Positions 8,523 to 19,029 are shown, counted from the first letter of the stretch. The stretch is 64,000 bases of DNA from Candidatus Bathyarchaeota archaeon (GCA_963726255.1 CAVSBL010000002.1:1504001-1568000); one strand, 5' to 3'. Made by a program: numbers and translations. Notes: generated from the letters alone by a model not told the origin.

Positions 8523-10879
8523 ATGAATGAAAGAGTGGGAAAGCTTAGGCAACAAAGCCTGGATACGAAACCGCGGATCTCTGGTGAAAGAGCCGAACTG
8601 ATGACGGAATTCTATGAACACTCCTCGGAACCCGCTAGCCCTATCAGAAGAGCTCTTGCATTCGAGCATTTGATGGAAAGCAAGGCGATCTACGTAGGTG
8701 ACGGAGAACTAATCGTCGGCGAAAGAGGCCCTGCACCGAAGGCCACACCCACGTACCCGGAACTATGCTGCCACAGCCTTAAGGACCTTCAAATTCTCAA
8801 CGACCGAAAGAAAATTTCCTTTGCCGTTGACGACCAAACGCGAAAGGTCTACGAGGACAGAATTATTCCGTTTTGGCGAGGCCGAACCATCCGTGACCGT
8901 ATCTTTTCCGAAATGTCGGATGAGTGGAAAGCGGCATACGAGGCCGGTATCTACACGGAGTTCATGGAACAGCGCGCCCCAGGGCACACTGTTTTGGACG
9001 ATAAAATCTACCGTAAAGGCTTCTTAGACTTTCAGGTCGACATCGAGAACGCGAAGCAAAAGCTCGACTATCACAACGACCCTGACGCTTACAGGAAGCA
9101 GAAAGAGCTCGAGGCCATGTCCATTTGTTGTGATGTCATCATCCGGTTTGCTCAACGCCACTCTGAGAAAGCGTGCGAGATGGCTCAGCATGAAACTAAC
9201 CCCCAACGAAGAGAGGAATTGGAGAGAATTGCAGAGGTTTGCTCAAATGTTCCGGCACATGCGCCGCGTGACTTCTGGGAGGCACTGCAGGCCTACTGGT
9301 TCGTTCACTTGGGCGTAATCACGGAACTTAACACGTGGGATTCCTTCTGCCCAGGCCATCTTGACCAACACCTGTTCCCGTTCTACAAGCGGGGGCTTGA
9401 GGATGGGACACTAACGAGGGACAAAGCGAAGGAGCTCTTGGAATGCCTCTGGGTGAAGTTCAACAATCAACCCGCGCCGCCGAAAGTCGGTGTAACGGCG
9501 GAGGAGAGCGCCACCTACACGGACTTCGCCAACATCAACCTCGGCGGCCTAAGGCAGGATGGTTCAGATGGGGTCAACGAACTCAGCTACTTGATCCTAG
9601 ATGTTATTGATGAGATGAGGCTCGTACAACCATCATCGAACATCCAACTCAGCAAGAAGAGCCCCGACCGCTTCCTGAAGAGAGCCTGCGAGATTATCAG
9701 GGAGGGATGGGGACAACCGTCGATATTCAACGTCGACCTAATTGTCGAAGAACTTATCCGCCAGGGCAAGGCTGTTGAAGACGCACGGTCAGGCGGCATA
9801 AGCGGTTGCGTTGAAACGGGATGCTTTGGCAAAGAGGCTTACATACTAACCGGGTACCTGAACCTACCGAAAATATTGGAGATTACCCTAAACAACGGAG
9901 TAGACCCGCGCACAGGCAAGAAGATTGGGTCGACCACGGACGACTCAGCGGGTTTCAAGTCTTTCGACGAACTCTTCGACGCATTCACTAAACAATTGAA
10001 ACATTTCGTTGACATCAAGGTTAGAGGCAGCAATATTATTGAAAGATTATTCGCCGAGCAAATGCCCGCCCCATTTCTATCGACGCTAATTGATGACTGC
10101 ATCGTGAAGGGTAGGGACTACAATGACGGGGGCCCACGCTACAATACGACTTACATAATGCCCGTTGGAATCGGCACGCTAACAGACAGCCTAGCAGCGA
10201 TCAAACGTCACGTCTTTGATGAGAAACAGTTGAGAATGGAGCAATTGCTCAAGACACTCGAAAAGAATTTTGAAGGACATGAATTAATCCGCCAAATGCT
10301 TTGGAATAAGACGCCGAAGTATGGAAACGACGACGACTACGCTGATGAATGGTTGAAAGCGGCCTTCGATTCATTATACCACGTGATTAGCGGCCGAAAG
10401 AACACGAAGGGAGGATTCTATGCAGTCAACTACCTCTCCACAACGTGCCACGTCTACTTCGGCTCGGTAGTGGGTGCAACGCCCGACGGAAGACACGCGT
10501 ATGAGCCAGTGTCCGAAGGTGTTTCACCCGTACAGGGTGCCGATACACACGGTCCTACAGCCGTGATAAAGTCGGTTGCCAAAATGGACCAAGTCCGCAG
10601 GGTGGAACGCTACTAAACCAGAAATTCTCCCCATCACTCCTAGAGGGCGAATTAGGCATTGACAACCTCGCACACCTGGTGCGATCCTACTTCAAGCTGG
10701 ACGGCCACCACGTCCAAATGAATGTCGTGACAGCGGAAACTCTACGCGCAGCACAAGCGAACCCTGAGAAATATCGGGACTTGATCGTTCGAGTGGCAGG
10801 GTACAGCGACTACTTCTGTGACCTGGGCAAGACACTGCAAGATGAAATCATTGCTCGAACAGAACACAAGTCCTTCTAG
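8523..10879 (+). pseudogene. hypD: trans-4-hydroxy-L-proline dehydratase (glycyl radical enzyme), frameshifted at ~10599-10600
   Basis: EQRAPGH, WDSF, ESATYTDFAN, SGCVE, STTCHVYFG and RVAGYS motifs match HypD active-site residues as recalled. The frame breaks at CGC AG|GGT GGA ACG CTA CTA AAC (one base missing); the downstream frame continues GGTLLNQKF..RVAGYS. Confidence 0.85.
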
Positions 10880-10901
10880 GCTTCTAGGATAGCTCGCATG
10901 T

Positions 10902-11360
10902 TCACGTCTGCGTTGCCATCGACTCGCCTTTTTCCTGCCGCTCGGAATCTCCACGCCCATAATCCCAAGATAACACGCGCTCGGGTTTCAGCATCATAAC
11001 GACTCGATCAGGCTGCTTGACGGCTTCAACTAGCCATTCATTTCCTTCCTCTTCGCCGTAACGGAAAGAGATCTTCTTCAACCAGTCGTCTCGATTGTCC
11101 TTGAGGACCTGAGCGTTTCCGAATACGCACACAGCCACGTATGGACGGATGTCTGTTGCGATACTCAAAGCGACCGCAGGGTTACTTTTCATATGCTGCC
11201 CCTTCAAGCGGCCTATGCGGGTTGTGAAGTAGAAGATTCCGTTCTGGTATGTGTACCAAATAGGGTTCACACGCGGCTTCCCTTTCTTAGACACCGTAGC
11301 AAGATGAGCCATGCGTGGCTCTTGCAGAAATTTCTCAAGTTCGGTTTTGGATAATGGCAA
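10902..11360 (-). CDS. Pyridoxamine 5'-phosphate oxidase-like (PPOX-class F420/FMN-binding) protein
   Basis: AHLATVSKKGKPRVNPIWY..NPAVALSI..RVLSWDY. Confidence 0.85.
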   Translation of the reverse strand: MPLSKTELEKFLQEPRMAHLATVSKKGKPRVNPIWYTYQNGIFYFTTRIGRLKGQHMKSNPAVALSIATDIRPYVAVCVFGNAQVLKDNRDDWLKKISFRYGEEEGNEWLVEAVKQPDRVVMMLKPERVLSWDYGRGDSERQEKGESMATQT

Positions 11361-11379
11361 CTTTCTTCTCTCGCTAGCC

Positions 11380-11901
11380 CTAAAGTTTCCCTAGTTCCAA
11401 GCGATCCCCGTAACCGTTCAGGAAGGTAAGGTCACTCAGCGGTTTGCGATTCTTCCTCTTGCCGATGACCTTTCGGGCCGGGTACCCGAACCCAACGACG
11501 ACGCTTGGATTCAAGTTATTAGGTATACCAAAATCCCTTTGCAAGGCTTCAGGGTTCAATCCGGTGAAAAGGCAGGAAATTACCCCAAAGTTCCATGCGG
11601 CGATTTGCATATCTTGAGCCGCCCTGCCCGCGTCGAGCACGTGGAAACCAAATTTCGGGTTCGTTAGGACGATGACTGCGAAGTTCGCTTGAGCAACCCA
11701 ACTGCCTGTCGTGCTGTCTTCCGCCAGACTCTTGAGATGATCACGTCCTTGAACTAGGATAAAGCGCCAATGCTGATTGTTAATCCCACTCCCCGTGAGA
11801 CGGGCGGCTTCCAGGACCTTCAGCTTCACGTCCGCTGGAACGTCTCTTGAATCGAATTCGCGCACGTCCAGTTTCGTTGCGACGCATTCATACGCATCCA
11901 T
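11380..11901 (-). CDS. Nitroreductase family protein
   Basis: VREF..VLEAARLTGSGINNQHWRFI..DAGRAAQDMQIAA..GFGYP. Confidence 0.88.
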   Translation of the reverse strand: MDAYECVATKLDVREFDSRDVPADVKLKVLEAARLTGSGINNQHWRFILVQGRDHLKSLAEDSTTGSWVAQANFAVIVLTNPKFGFHVLDAGRAAQDMQIAAWNFGVISCLFTGLNPEALQRDFGIPNNLNPSVVVGFGYPARKVIGKRKNRKPLSDLTFLNGYGDRLELGKL

Positions 11902-11957
11902 GTAACTCAGCCCTCTGCTATTGGAGCAACTCAACAGATAAAGATGGAATTAGCGAG

Positions 11958-13250
11958 TCAGCTGGCTTGAAGCGCATTCAAACCTGCATAGCGAACCTTA
12001 CTGCCAAGCTCCTTCTCTATAGCAAGCAGTCGGTTATACTTGACAATTCGTTCACCGCGGCAAGGTGCCCCCGCCTTTATCTGCCCACAGTTCAATGCGA
12101 CCGCGAGGTCGGAAATGGTTGTGTCCTCTGTCTCGCCTGACCTGTGACTAACCACAACCCTGTAATGATTAGCCAGCGCCAACTTTGCAGCATCAACTGC
12201 CTCCGTCAAAGTGCCAATCTGGTTAACCTTCAACAGAAGCGCATTCGCGGCACCGGCGTCGATGCCTTTCTTCAATCGCGTAACGTTTGTAACGAAGATG
12301 TCGTCGCCCACGACCTGAACCCAGTGGCCGACCTTGCGTGTGAACTGGGCGGTATGTTCGAAATCTTCCTGTTCGAATGGATCCTCGATGTAGCGGATTG
12401 GAAAACTCTTTGCCAACTGTTCGTAGAACTCTGCTAGTTCTTCTGGGGAGAGTTTCTTCCCATCAATTTCGTACATTCCGTTTCGGCAGAATTCTGATGA
12501 GGCGGCGTCGAACCCTAGGAAAACGTCTTTTCCGGCGGAGTAGCCGGCCTCGGATATGGCCTGCGACAGAATCTGAAGGGCTTCTAAAGTCCTGTTGAGA
12601 GGGGGTGCAAATCCGCCTTCATCGCCAACGTTGATCGCTTGCCTTCCATGTTTGGATTCGATTACCCGCTTGAGTGTGTGGTATATTTCTGAGCCAGCGC
12701 GTAGGGCTTCCGTGAAGCTCTTTGCTCCCGCGGGTAGAACCATGAATTCCTGGACCTTCAGTCCCGTCCCAGCATGCTTGCCACCGTTGATTACATTCAT
12801 GGCCGGTACGGGAAGGGTTCGACCGTTTCCGTTGCTCAAATAATCATACAGGGATTTCCCTTCAAGCCGGGCGGCAAGCTTCGCCACCGCCAACGATACG
12901 GCTAGTATCGCATTTGCGCCCAGCCGCGACTTGTTCGGTGTCCCATCCAAGTCGATCATTGCATGGTCAATATTCGACTGTTGCCGTGGGTCGAGGCCTA
13001 TGAGCTTCGGGGCGATTACTTCCCCGATGTTTCTGAGGACTTTGAGCACGCCCAATCCGGCGTAACGTTTCGGATCTCCGTCCCGGAGTTCCAGGGCCTC
13101 GTGCGTTCCCGTCGAAGCGCCCGAGGGGACTGCAGCTTTCTCCCATGTGTCATCGGAGTAAATTGCTGCCTCAACGGTTGGGTTTCCCCTCGAGTCTAGG
13201 ATTTCTCGGCCGCTCACCTTAGTTATCTTGAACTGGTTGGGCAATTGCAA
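11958..13250 (-). CDS. eno: Enolase
   Basis: EILDSRGNPTVE, VPSGASTG, GDEGGFAP, LLKVNQIG, SHRSGETED. Confidence 0.98.
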   Translation of the reverse strand: MQLPNQFKITKVSGREILDSRGNPTVEAAIYSDDTWEKAAVPSGASTGTHEALELRDGDPKRYAGLGVLKVLRNIGEVIAPKLIGLDPRQQSNIDHAMIDLDGTPNKSRLGANAILAVSLAVAKLAARLEGKSLYDYLSNGNGRTLPVPAMNVINGGKHAGTGLKVQEFMVLPAGAKSFTEALRAGSEIYHTLKRVIESKHGRQAINVGDEGGFAPPLNRTLEALQILSQAISEAGYSAGKDVFLGFDAASSEFCRNGMYEIDGKKLSPEELAEFYEQLAKSFPIRYIEDPFEQEDFEHTAQFTRKVGHWVQVVGDDIFVTNVTRLKKGIDAGAANALLLKVNQIGTLTEAVDAAKLALANHYRVVVSHRSGETEDTTISDLAVALNCGQIKAGAPCRGERIVKYNRLLAIEKELGSKVRYAGLNALQAS

Positions 13251-13288
13251 ACATCAAGCCATGAAAAACGTGCGTAACATAACAATCT

Positions 13289-15283
13289 TTGCGAAGCACT
13301 AATACATACAAAAGCAATACCTACGGCCACGGAGAGGTGCATTCCTCGAACTTCCGCCCAATAGTTTACGCGTCGATTTTGCTCGGCTTCCTGCTCTTCG
13401 TGGCACTCCCATTATCTACGGCGCAAACCAGACCGTCGGCCTCTACGGCAGACAACCTAAACGGCGTGGCTATTCTGGCTCCCAATGATGCTTGGGCTGT
13501 TGGGAACGCAGGGACAATCGAACATTTCGACGGCTCATATTGGACCCTGGTTGCTTCGAGCACCAGCTCACACCTTCTTGGATTATCATTCGGGCCGCCA
13601 GGGGCGCCCAGTTCAGATTCAGGTTTCGCGGTAGGCGGGAGCGGCGGAACGGCCGTCGCACTCTTCCACAGCCCAGTTTCGTGGGAACAAGCAATGACTG
13701 GGCTTTCTGGACCCGATGCACAGGAACTTGGGTCAGTCTTCCCGACTAGTTCTACTGATGCGTGGGCTGTCGACGCTGTTTCGGGCGCGTTTTGGCATTG
13801 GTCTGGGGTTGTGGGCTTGGGGGGTGGATGGAACGAGGTTTCCTCGGCCTCGGCTGGGCTGAATTCCATCTTTATGACCAGCGCATCAGACGGCTGGGCG
13901 GTTGGCTTAGGCGGAATCATCTACCATTATGCGGGCGGGGGGTGGTCGCCGTATCCCAGCGTGGGAACAACTCTCAACTCCGTATTCATGGTTAACCAAA
14001 ACGAGGGATGGGCCGTTGGCGACGGGGGAAACATTTTCCATTACTCGTCAGGGATATGGACAGGCCCCGTTTCATCCTCGCCCACGAACCAGAACCTCAA
14101 AGCAGTTTTCTTTGTAAGCCCAACGGAGGGCTGGGCTGTGGGCGCTTCCGGAACTGTATTGCATTACTTGAATGGCGCGTGGTTGTTGGCTTCGAATCAG
14201 TTTGGGACAAACCAGAATTTGAACGCCGTCTCCTTCCTCGGGGGAAATGGTTGGGCGGTTGGCGATTTTGGAACAATCATACCGTTGAGTACCCAAACAC
14301 CTCCGCAAGGTGTTCCTGGATCGACATTTGAGTCGGTTTACTTGTCGAACGGTGGCGATGGATGGATAGTTGGATGCTCTACCGGGGGTTGCGGAAGCGG
14401 TGCGGGCGAGCCCACGTTGCTTCATTGGAACGGTAACTCATTCACCAGAGGAAGCGCTTATGCGACCGCAACGGACCTTTACTCGGTTTCCATGGTGAAC
14501 CCATCTGAGGGGTGGGCTGTGGGCGGCCTGGGAAGCAACCCGGCTATTTTGCATTTCACTGGGGGATCGTGGGTGCAGGTTCCAGCGCCACCCGTCAACG
14601 GGATCTTACACTCGGTGTTCATGGTTGATGCGGGCAACGGTTGGGCCGTGGGAGATAACGGCGCAATCCTCCACTACTCTGGCGGCTCATGGGGAGTAGT
14701 CTCAGCGCCCACACCAAACACGCTGCGGAGTATCTTCATGGTAGGCCCCAGTGATGGCTGGGCTGTAGGTAACGTGGGAACAATACTCCGATACCAGAGC
14801 GGCCAATGGTTAACCTACTCTAGCTCAACGAGCGCATCCTTGAACTCGGTCTTTTTCCTGGACTCAAGCCACGGGTGGGCTGTAGGTTCCGGTGGCACGC
14901 TTCTCTATTTCAACGGCGTGGGGTGGGTTCCCGTAGCTGCTGGAGTTTCATCAAAGCTGAACTCGGTGGCGCAGGTGAACCCGCAGGAAGCATGGGCAGT
15001 CGGTGACTTGGGTACAATCCTGCATTGGAATGGAATAAGCTGGTACAAGACTGCGCCTTCTCCTTCAATCTCCGGCAACCCTAACTTGAATTCCATCTTC
15101 ATCTCGTCGAACGGTTTCGGTTTGATCGTGGGTGCACCTCAAGCTGCGGGCAGCCAAGGAACCATCCTACAGGTTTCAACGCTCAACCCCATCCCGGAGG
15201 TAACCACGCCACAGCTTGTGCTTGCCGCCGTGTTCGGGGCATCGCTAATCGTCATCCAAATTCGGCGCCGAAGACTCGGATGA
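13289..15283 (+). CDS. Secreted or surface beta-propeller repeat protein with a PEF/PEP-CTERM-like sorting tail
   Basis: Signal peptide; about 14 repeats of LNSVFM.....GWAVG..GTILHY.G..W; C-terminal PIPE, TM segment and RRRR. Confidence 0.85.
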   Translation: MRSTNTYKSNTYGHGEVHSSNFRPIVYASILLGFLLFVALPLSTAQTRPSASTADNLNGVAILAPNDAWAVGNAGTIEHFDGSYWTLVASSTSSHLLGLSFGPPGAPSSDSGFAVGGSGGTAVALFHSPVSWEQAMTGLSGPDAQELGSVFPTSSTDAWAVDAVSGAFWHWSGVVGLGGGWNEVSSASAGLNSIFMTSASDGWAVGLGGIIYHYAGGGWSPYPSVGTTLNSVFMVNQNEGWAVGDGGNIFHYSSGIWTGPVSSSPTNQNLKAVFFVSPTEGWAVGASGTVLHYLNGAWLLASNQFGTNQNLNAVSFLGGNGWAVGDFGTIIPLSTQTPPQGVPGSTFESVYLSNGGDGWIVGCSTGGCGSGAGEPTLLHWNGNSFTRGSAYATATDLYSVSMVNPSEGWAVGGLGSNPAILHFTGGSWVQVPAPPVNGILHSVFMVDAGNGWAVGDNGAILHYSGGSWGVVSAPTPNTLRSIFMVGPSDGWAVGNVGTILRYQSGQWLTYSSSTSASLNSVFFLDSSHGWAVGSGGTLLYFNGVGWVPVAAGVSSKLNSVAQVNPQEAWAVGDLGTILHWNGISWYKTAPSPSISGNPNLNSIFISSNGFGLIVGAPQAAGSQGTILQVSTLNPIPEVTTPQLVLAAVFGASLIVIQIRRRRLG

Positions 15284-15363
15284 TGTGGAACTGCGTTCTC
15301 GATGATTCGCCCACACTCTTTTCTTAGGGAACACTTCAGCTGCGATTAAGCGGTGTTCACTGG

Positions 15364-16104
15364 ATGAAGCGCTGGGCACGAAAATTCCTGATTACACTCT
15401 TACTCATGTTCCCAGTCGTTTTCACCGTGCTGTCTTACCTCGAAGACCTCGCGGAGTCAGGTGCGGAGGGCCCAGCTGGAGGGATTATTGCGCTGATGTC
15501 GAACCTCCCGCGGATCGTAATCGACCTAGCGACAGCGGGAGGTTACGCTGGAATTTTCGCCCTCATGTTGCTGGAAGCAGCGGCCTTCCCAGTGCCCAGT
15601 GAAATAATCCTGCCGCTAGCCGGGTACCTCGTTTCGCAGGGAACATTGGAGTTCTGGTTTGTTGTTCTCATTAGTACCTTAGCCGCAATGATAGGTTCCT
15701 TCGTAGACTATTTCATCGGTTGGAAACTTGGCAGTTCCCTCCTTGTGGGAAAGTCGAGACTCCCCTACATTGATGCGACACGCCTTCGGAGAACCCGCGG
15801 CTGGTTCGACAGACACGGTGCGGTAGCGGTCGCATTACTTCGATTAGTACCAACGGCGAGGGTGCTGGTTTCGTTTCCAGCGGGTGCTTACAAGATGAGT
15901 AAGTCGAAGTTCGCGTTCTACACTCTCGCAGGTTGCCTACCATGGAACATATCACTAGTCTATCTTGGATGGTGGCTTGGGTCTTCTTGGGAGGAAGTTG
16001 TGGCCGCCTTTAGATACATCAACCTCGTCGTCTACTTTTTGATCGCATTAATCGTGATATGGATCGTGTGGCGGTTGGTGTCGAAGCGAAACAAACGAGC
16101 GTAG
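15364..16104 (+). CDS. DedA/SNARE-associated family membrane protein
   Basis: PVPSEIILPLAG, RLVPTARVLVSFPAG. Confidence 0.92.
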   Translation: MKRWARKFLITLLLMFPVVFTVLSYLEDLAESGAEGPAGGIIALMSNLPRIVIDLATAGGYAGIFALMLLEAAAFPVPSEIILPLAGYLVSQGTLEFWFVVLISTLAAMIGSFVDYFIGWKLGSSLLVGKSRLPYIDATRLRRTRGWFDRHGAVAVALLRLVPTARVLVSFPAGAYKMSKSKFAFYTLAGCLPWNISLVYLGWWLGSSWEEVVAAFRYINLVVYFLIALIVIWIVWRLVSKRNKRA

Positions 16105-16118
16105 AGACGACTCTTACC

Positions 16119-16493
16119 CTAATTCTCTCTTAGCTTTCTGTGAAGCTGTTCCACACGACGCGTCGTCACCCAATCCTTATGGTGCCGAAAACCGCCCCCG
16201 AAGGATCTCGGGATATGTAAGAGTTCGTGGATCAGAGTCTTCTCTTTTTCGTCGTATGGCAAGGAGTCGTATTGTTCAGCCAGGACTTCAACCACATAGT
16301 AAGCTGGTTCGCTCAGTGCTTGCTGCCAAATGCGCGGCAACGAGTGAACGCGGGCTATGGTATTGTTGGCTTTGGAGCCGTAGCTTCGGTAGCAGTAGAC
16401 CCGGTGCTTGGGGATATGCGTGAAACCTAGCTTGTCTATGATTTTGACTAGCATCTCGGAGACGTCGGGTGCACGTTGGTACCGAAATTGCAT
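16119..16493 (-). CDS. Putative metallopeptidase (archaeal; HELLH)
   Basis: RSYGSKA..IARVHSLPRIWQ..TLIHELLHIP..FGGGFRHH. Confidence 0.85.
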   Translation of the reverse strand: MQFRYQRAPDVSEMLVKIIDKLGFTHIPKHRVYCYRSYGSKANNTIARVHSLPRIWQQALSEPAYYVVEVLAEQYDSLPYDEKEKTLIHELLHIPRSFGGGFRHHKDWVTTRRVEQLHRKLREN

Positions 16494-16563
16494 GCATAGA
16501 TGATGAGGCTACGTACCTAAAATGTAATTGTCAAGGATCTTGAAAATGATGCTGAGTCAATGC

Positions 16564-17088
16564 TTAGGGGTTTGCATTAATCAAAGCGAAAGCCGTTTCC
16601 ACCGCTCTCTGCGGTGTGCTCTCTCCTAGTATTCGTTCGATCTTCCGATCGTCAATGTACGTATCAGCCAGTCGGTCTGCCATTCCTCCGGTACCTTTCA
16701 GTGCGATGATTGGTATCTTCTTCTGGTAGGCTGCGGCTACCTCGATCATGGTTCCGGCCCCACCGCCGACAATTACGATTGCGTCCGCAGAGTATGCGGT
16801 TAGGAAATCTCTGGCGAAGCCTATGCCTGTGGCTATGACGACATCGGAGAACTCGTTCGCTGCTCCCTTATCGTCTTGAGGAACTATACCAACCACGAAA
16901 CCACCGCCATCCTTAGCCCCGCGGCTTGCTGCCTCCATCACTCCGCCAAGCCCACCGCTAATGAGAACTGCGCCCTGCCTCGCCACCTCTAACCCCACTT
17001 GGTAGGCGGCCCGGTACGCAATCTCTGGGCAATGGTCCTTCCCGAACCCTATAACTAAGATTTGTACACGCCTCGGCATCAAGACCAC
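16564..17088 (-). CDS. LOG-family/TIGR00725-like nucleotide-binding protein
   Basis: SGGLGGVMEAASRGA, GGGAGTMIE. Confidence 0.88.
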   Translation of the reverse strand: MVLMPRRVQILVIGFGKDHCPEIAYRAAYQVGLEVARQGAVLISGGLGGVMEAASRGAKDGGGFVVGIVPQDDKGAANEFSDVVIATGIGFARDFLTAYSADAIVIVGGGAGTMIEVAAAYQKKIPIIALKGTGGMADRLADTYIDDRKIERILGESTPQRAVETAFALINANP

Positions 17089-17104
17089 CCGCTATACGTT
17101 GATG

Positions 17105-17695
17105 CTACCTTACTGGGCCCTCTTCGATTCTTCTTCGGATTTCCGAGAGAAGCGTTTTGACCGATTCAAGTTCGATTTGATCGAGTTTTGAAAGAATATC
17201 CTCTACAATTAGCGCTTTCCGGACATGTACGTTTCCTAGCAGATATTCCTCGTATGCCCAGAGAAGTGCTTCAATCTTGTCTGCTGCCTTCAGAATGCTT
17301 ACTTCAGTCGCCGAAATCTCCCGACTTGACCTCCGCAGGCGAATGTACTCGTGGGCAAGATCAGGCGGCAAGCTGCCCATTAAATTCTCGAACCACTCCA
17401 GGGCACGGTCATCTAGCTTTTCGGCAAAAGCGACGTCCTGATGTTTGAAGGGGTGGTGAATGTCGCCCGTCCGTGCTTCCTCGGCGTCGTGCAAAAGCGC
17501 CATTCTAAGCAACCGCTCCACATCCACCTTTGTCCCTCTTTTCTTTTCGAGGTCGGCTAGAACCATAGCATACAACGCCGTGTAGTAGGAATGTTGTGCA
17601 ACATCTTCGCGGAAATGGCATTTGTAAACGCTGAACCTTCCCACTGTCATCAGCGACCTGATGGCTAACAGAAAATCGAGGACTTCCGGTTTCAA
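17105..17695 (-). CDS. HD-domain hydrolase (YfbR-like 5'-deoxynucleotidase)
   Basis: EDVAQHSY, ALLHDAEEARTGDI, AADKIE. Confidence 0.9.
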   Translation of the reverse strand: MKPEVLDFLLAIRSLMTVGRFSVYKCHFREDVAQHSYYTALYAMVLADLEKKRGTKVDVERLLRMALLHDAEEARTGDIHHPFKHQDVAFAEKLDDRALEWFENLMGSLPPDLAHEYIRLRRSSREISATEVSILKAADKIEALLWAYEEYLLGNVHVRKALIVEDILSKLDQIELESVKTLLSEIRRRIEEGPVR

Positions 17696-17734
17696 CAGTG
17701 TCCCTCAAATCTAAGAAGAATCGCCTTGAGTAAT

Positions 17735-18274
17735 CTAGCTTTCTGCGTGCGTCAAGCTCTTCTCGAGCGTGAGCGAGTTCAACCGCTGGACTTCTGGAAT
17801 ATCGTAATATTTTGTTAGAATTTCTTGTGGGTTACTGGATTTTCGGTATCCGTGCTTTTCGTAGAATGTGATTGCCCAGGAGGCTCGAGTGTAAGTTCCA
17901 ATTATGATTCTCATAGCCTTGTTTGAGTTCGTTATGATTTCTTCGATGTGCCTGAGCAGGAGACTGCCGATGCCTCTGCCTTGGGATTTGGGACGCGTGT
18001 AGGCGTGTCTGATGAGCGCCACGTCGTCAATGTATTCATACCCCATAACTCCGAGCATGTTGCCTTCCTCCTCATAGGCAAGGAATGATACTCTCTCGAT
18101 TTCTCGCTGCAACTCGTTCATGGTCATCTGCGGTTCATGGTATACGTGAGGCGGCAGGACGGGTTCGTAGGCCTTTGCTGCTTCGTTGATGATTTGCAGG
18201 ATTGCAGCCAGTCTTTGGTGGGTGCAGTGCCGTATGGTTCCAGCGGGGGGTGGTAACTCAGCCAGGGGGTTCAT
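17735..18274 (-). CDS. GNAT family N-acetyltransferase
   Basis: QGRGIGSLLL acetyl-CoA motif, FYEKHGY. Confidence 0.9.
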   Translation of the reverse strand: MNPLAELPPPAGTIRHCTHQRLAAILQIINEAAKAYEPVLPPHVYHEPQMTMNELQREIERVSFLAYEEEGNMLGVMGYEYIDDVALIRHAYTRPKSQGRGIGSLLLRHIEEIITNSNKAMRIIIGTYTRASWAITFYEKHGYRKSSNPQEILTKYYDIPEVQRLNSLTLEKSLTHAES

Positions 18275-18620
18275 CTCGCTTTGGAAATCCGGTGCTCGGA
18301 TGCCTCATTTTGGCCTATCTCAACTATAAGCGGTTGAGTCTCAAAAACGGGGGCGGGATCGCCTGAAGACCCATTGGCCGTCTTATATGGCTCAGGGCTT
18401 TCTCCCCGTACTCGTGTGGATTTAAGGAAAAACACGCCTCTGTGGCTGCCTAATAGAACATTGAACATGTGAAATTATAGTCCTGGGCTGTGTTCAGGTA
18501 TGCACGTGGCAGTGTCCAATTGAAAAATTGAGTCTCATTCTTGAGAGAGAACGAGGCCAGAACGCGATTCACACGTCTTGGCTCAGGATAAAGGTCGCCT
18601 GACTGTCTGGAGGTGATTGT

Positions 18621-18863
18621 ATGGCTAGAACGAGTATGCTCACACAGAGGTCGATTGTTGCGGACGATACGCTCGCGTTGCTCACCGGTCAACCAAGAGG
18701 TGCTCTTCTGAGTTACACGGAACTTACCAAGTTGATGCACCAGTACATCAGAACGAAACAGCTTAGGCTGAAGGCATGTCCAAGCTGCAACGCTCCAATT
18801 CCAGGCTACGCGACCTTCTGTGACAAGTGCGGCAAAGACGTAACTCCAATACAAATCAAGTAG
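18621..18863 (+). CDS. Small protein: SWIB/MDM2-like helical domain plus C-terminal zinc ribbon
   Basis: TLALLTG....LSYTELTKLMHQYIR.KQL followed by CPSC..FCDKCG; GGAGGTG RBS. Confidence 0.65.
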   Translation: MARTSMLTQRSIVADDTLALLTGQPRGALLSYTELTKLMHQYIRTKQLRLKACPSCNAPIPGYATFCDKCGKDVTPIQIK

Positions 18864-19029
18864 GTGCTGAAAACTCAGACCACAAACCCATTTTTTCCTT
18901 TTTTTCCTTCTTACGAATCAAGTTGGCATGGAGCGTGACTACGGTTGATTCGTTTAGTGTGGTGCTTAGTGTGGCGATAAGCCGTAACCTATTTTGTGCA
19001 GGCTGACGACTAGGCGGGGAAGTGTCTCG

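Noticed and set aside
10590-10620. Programmed -1 ribosomal frameshift in hypD
   Set aside because: No X XXY YYZ slippery site or evident stimulatory structure.
18280-18610. Possible ncRNA in a long intergenic region (short inverted repeats, TGAGTCTCA twice)
   Set aside because: No recognisable RNA-family structure; the evidence is too weak.
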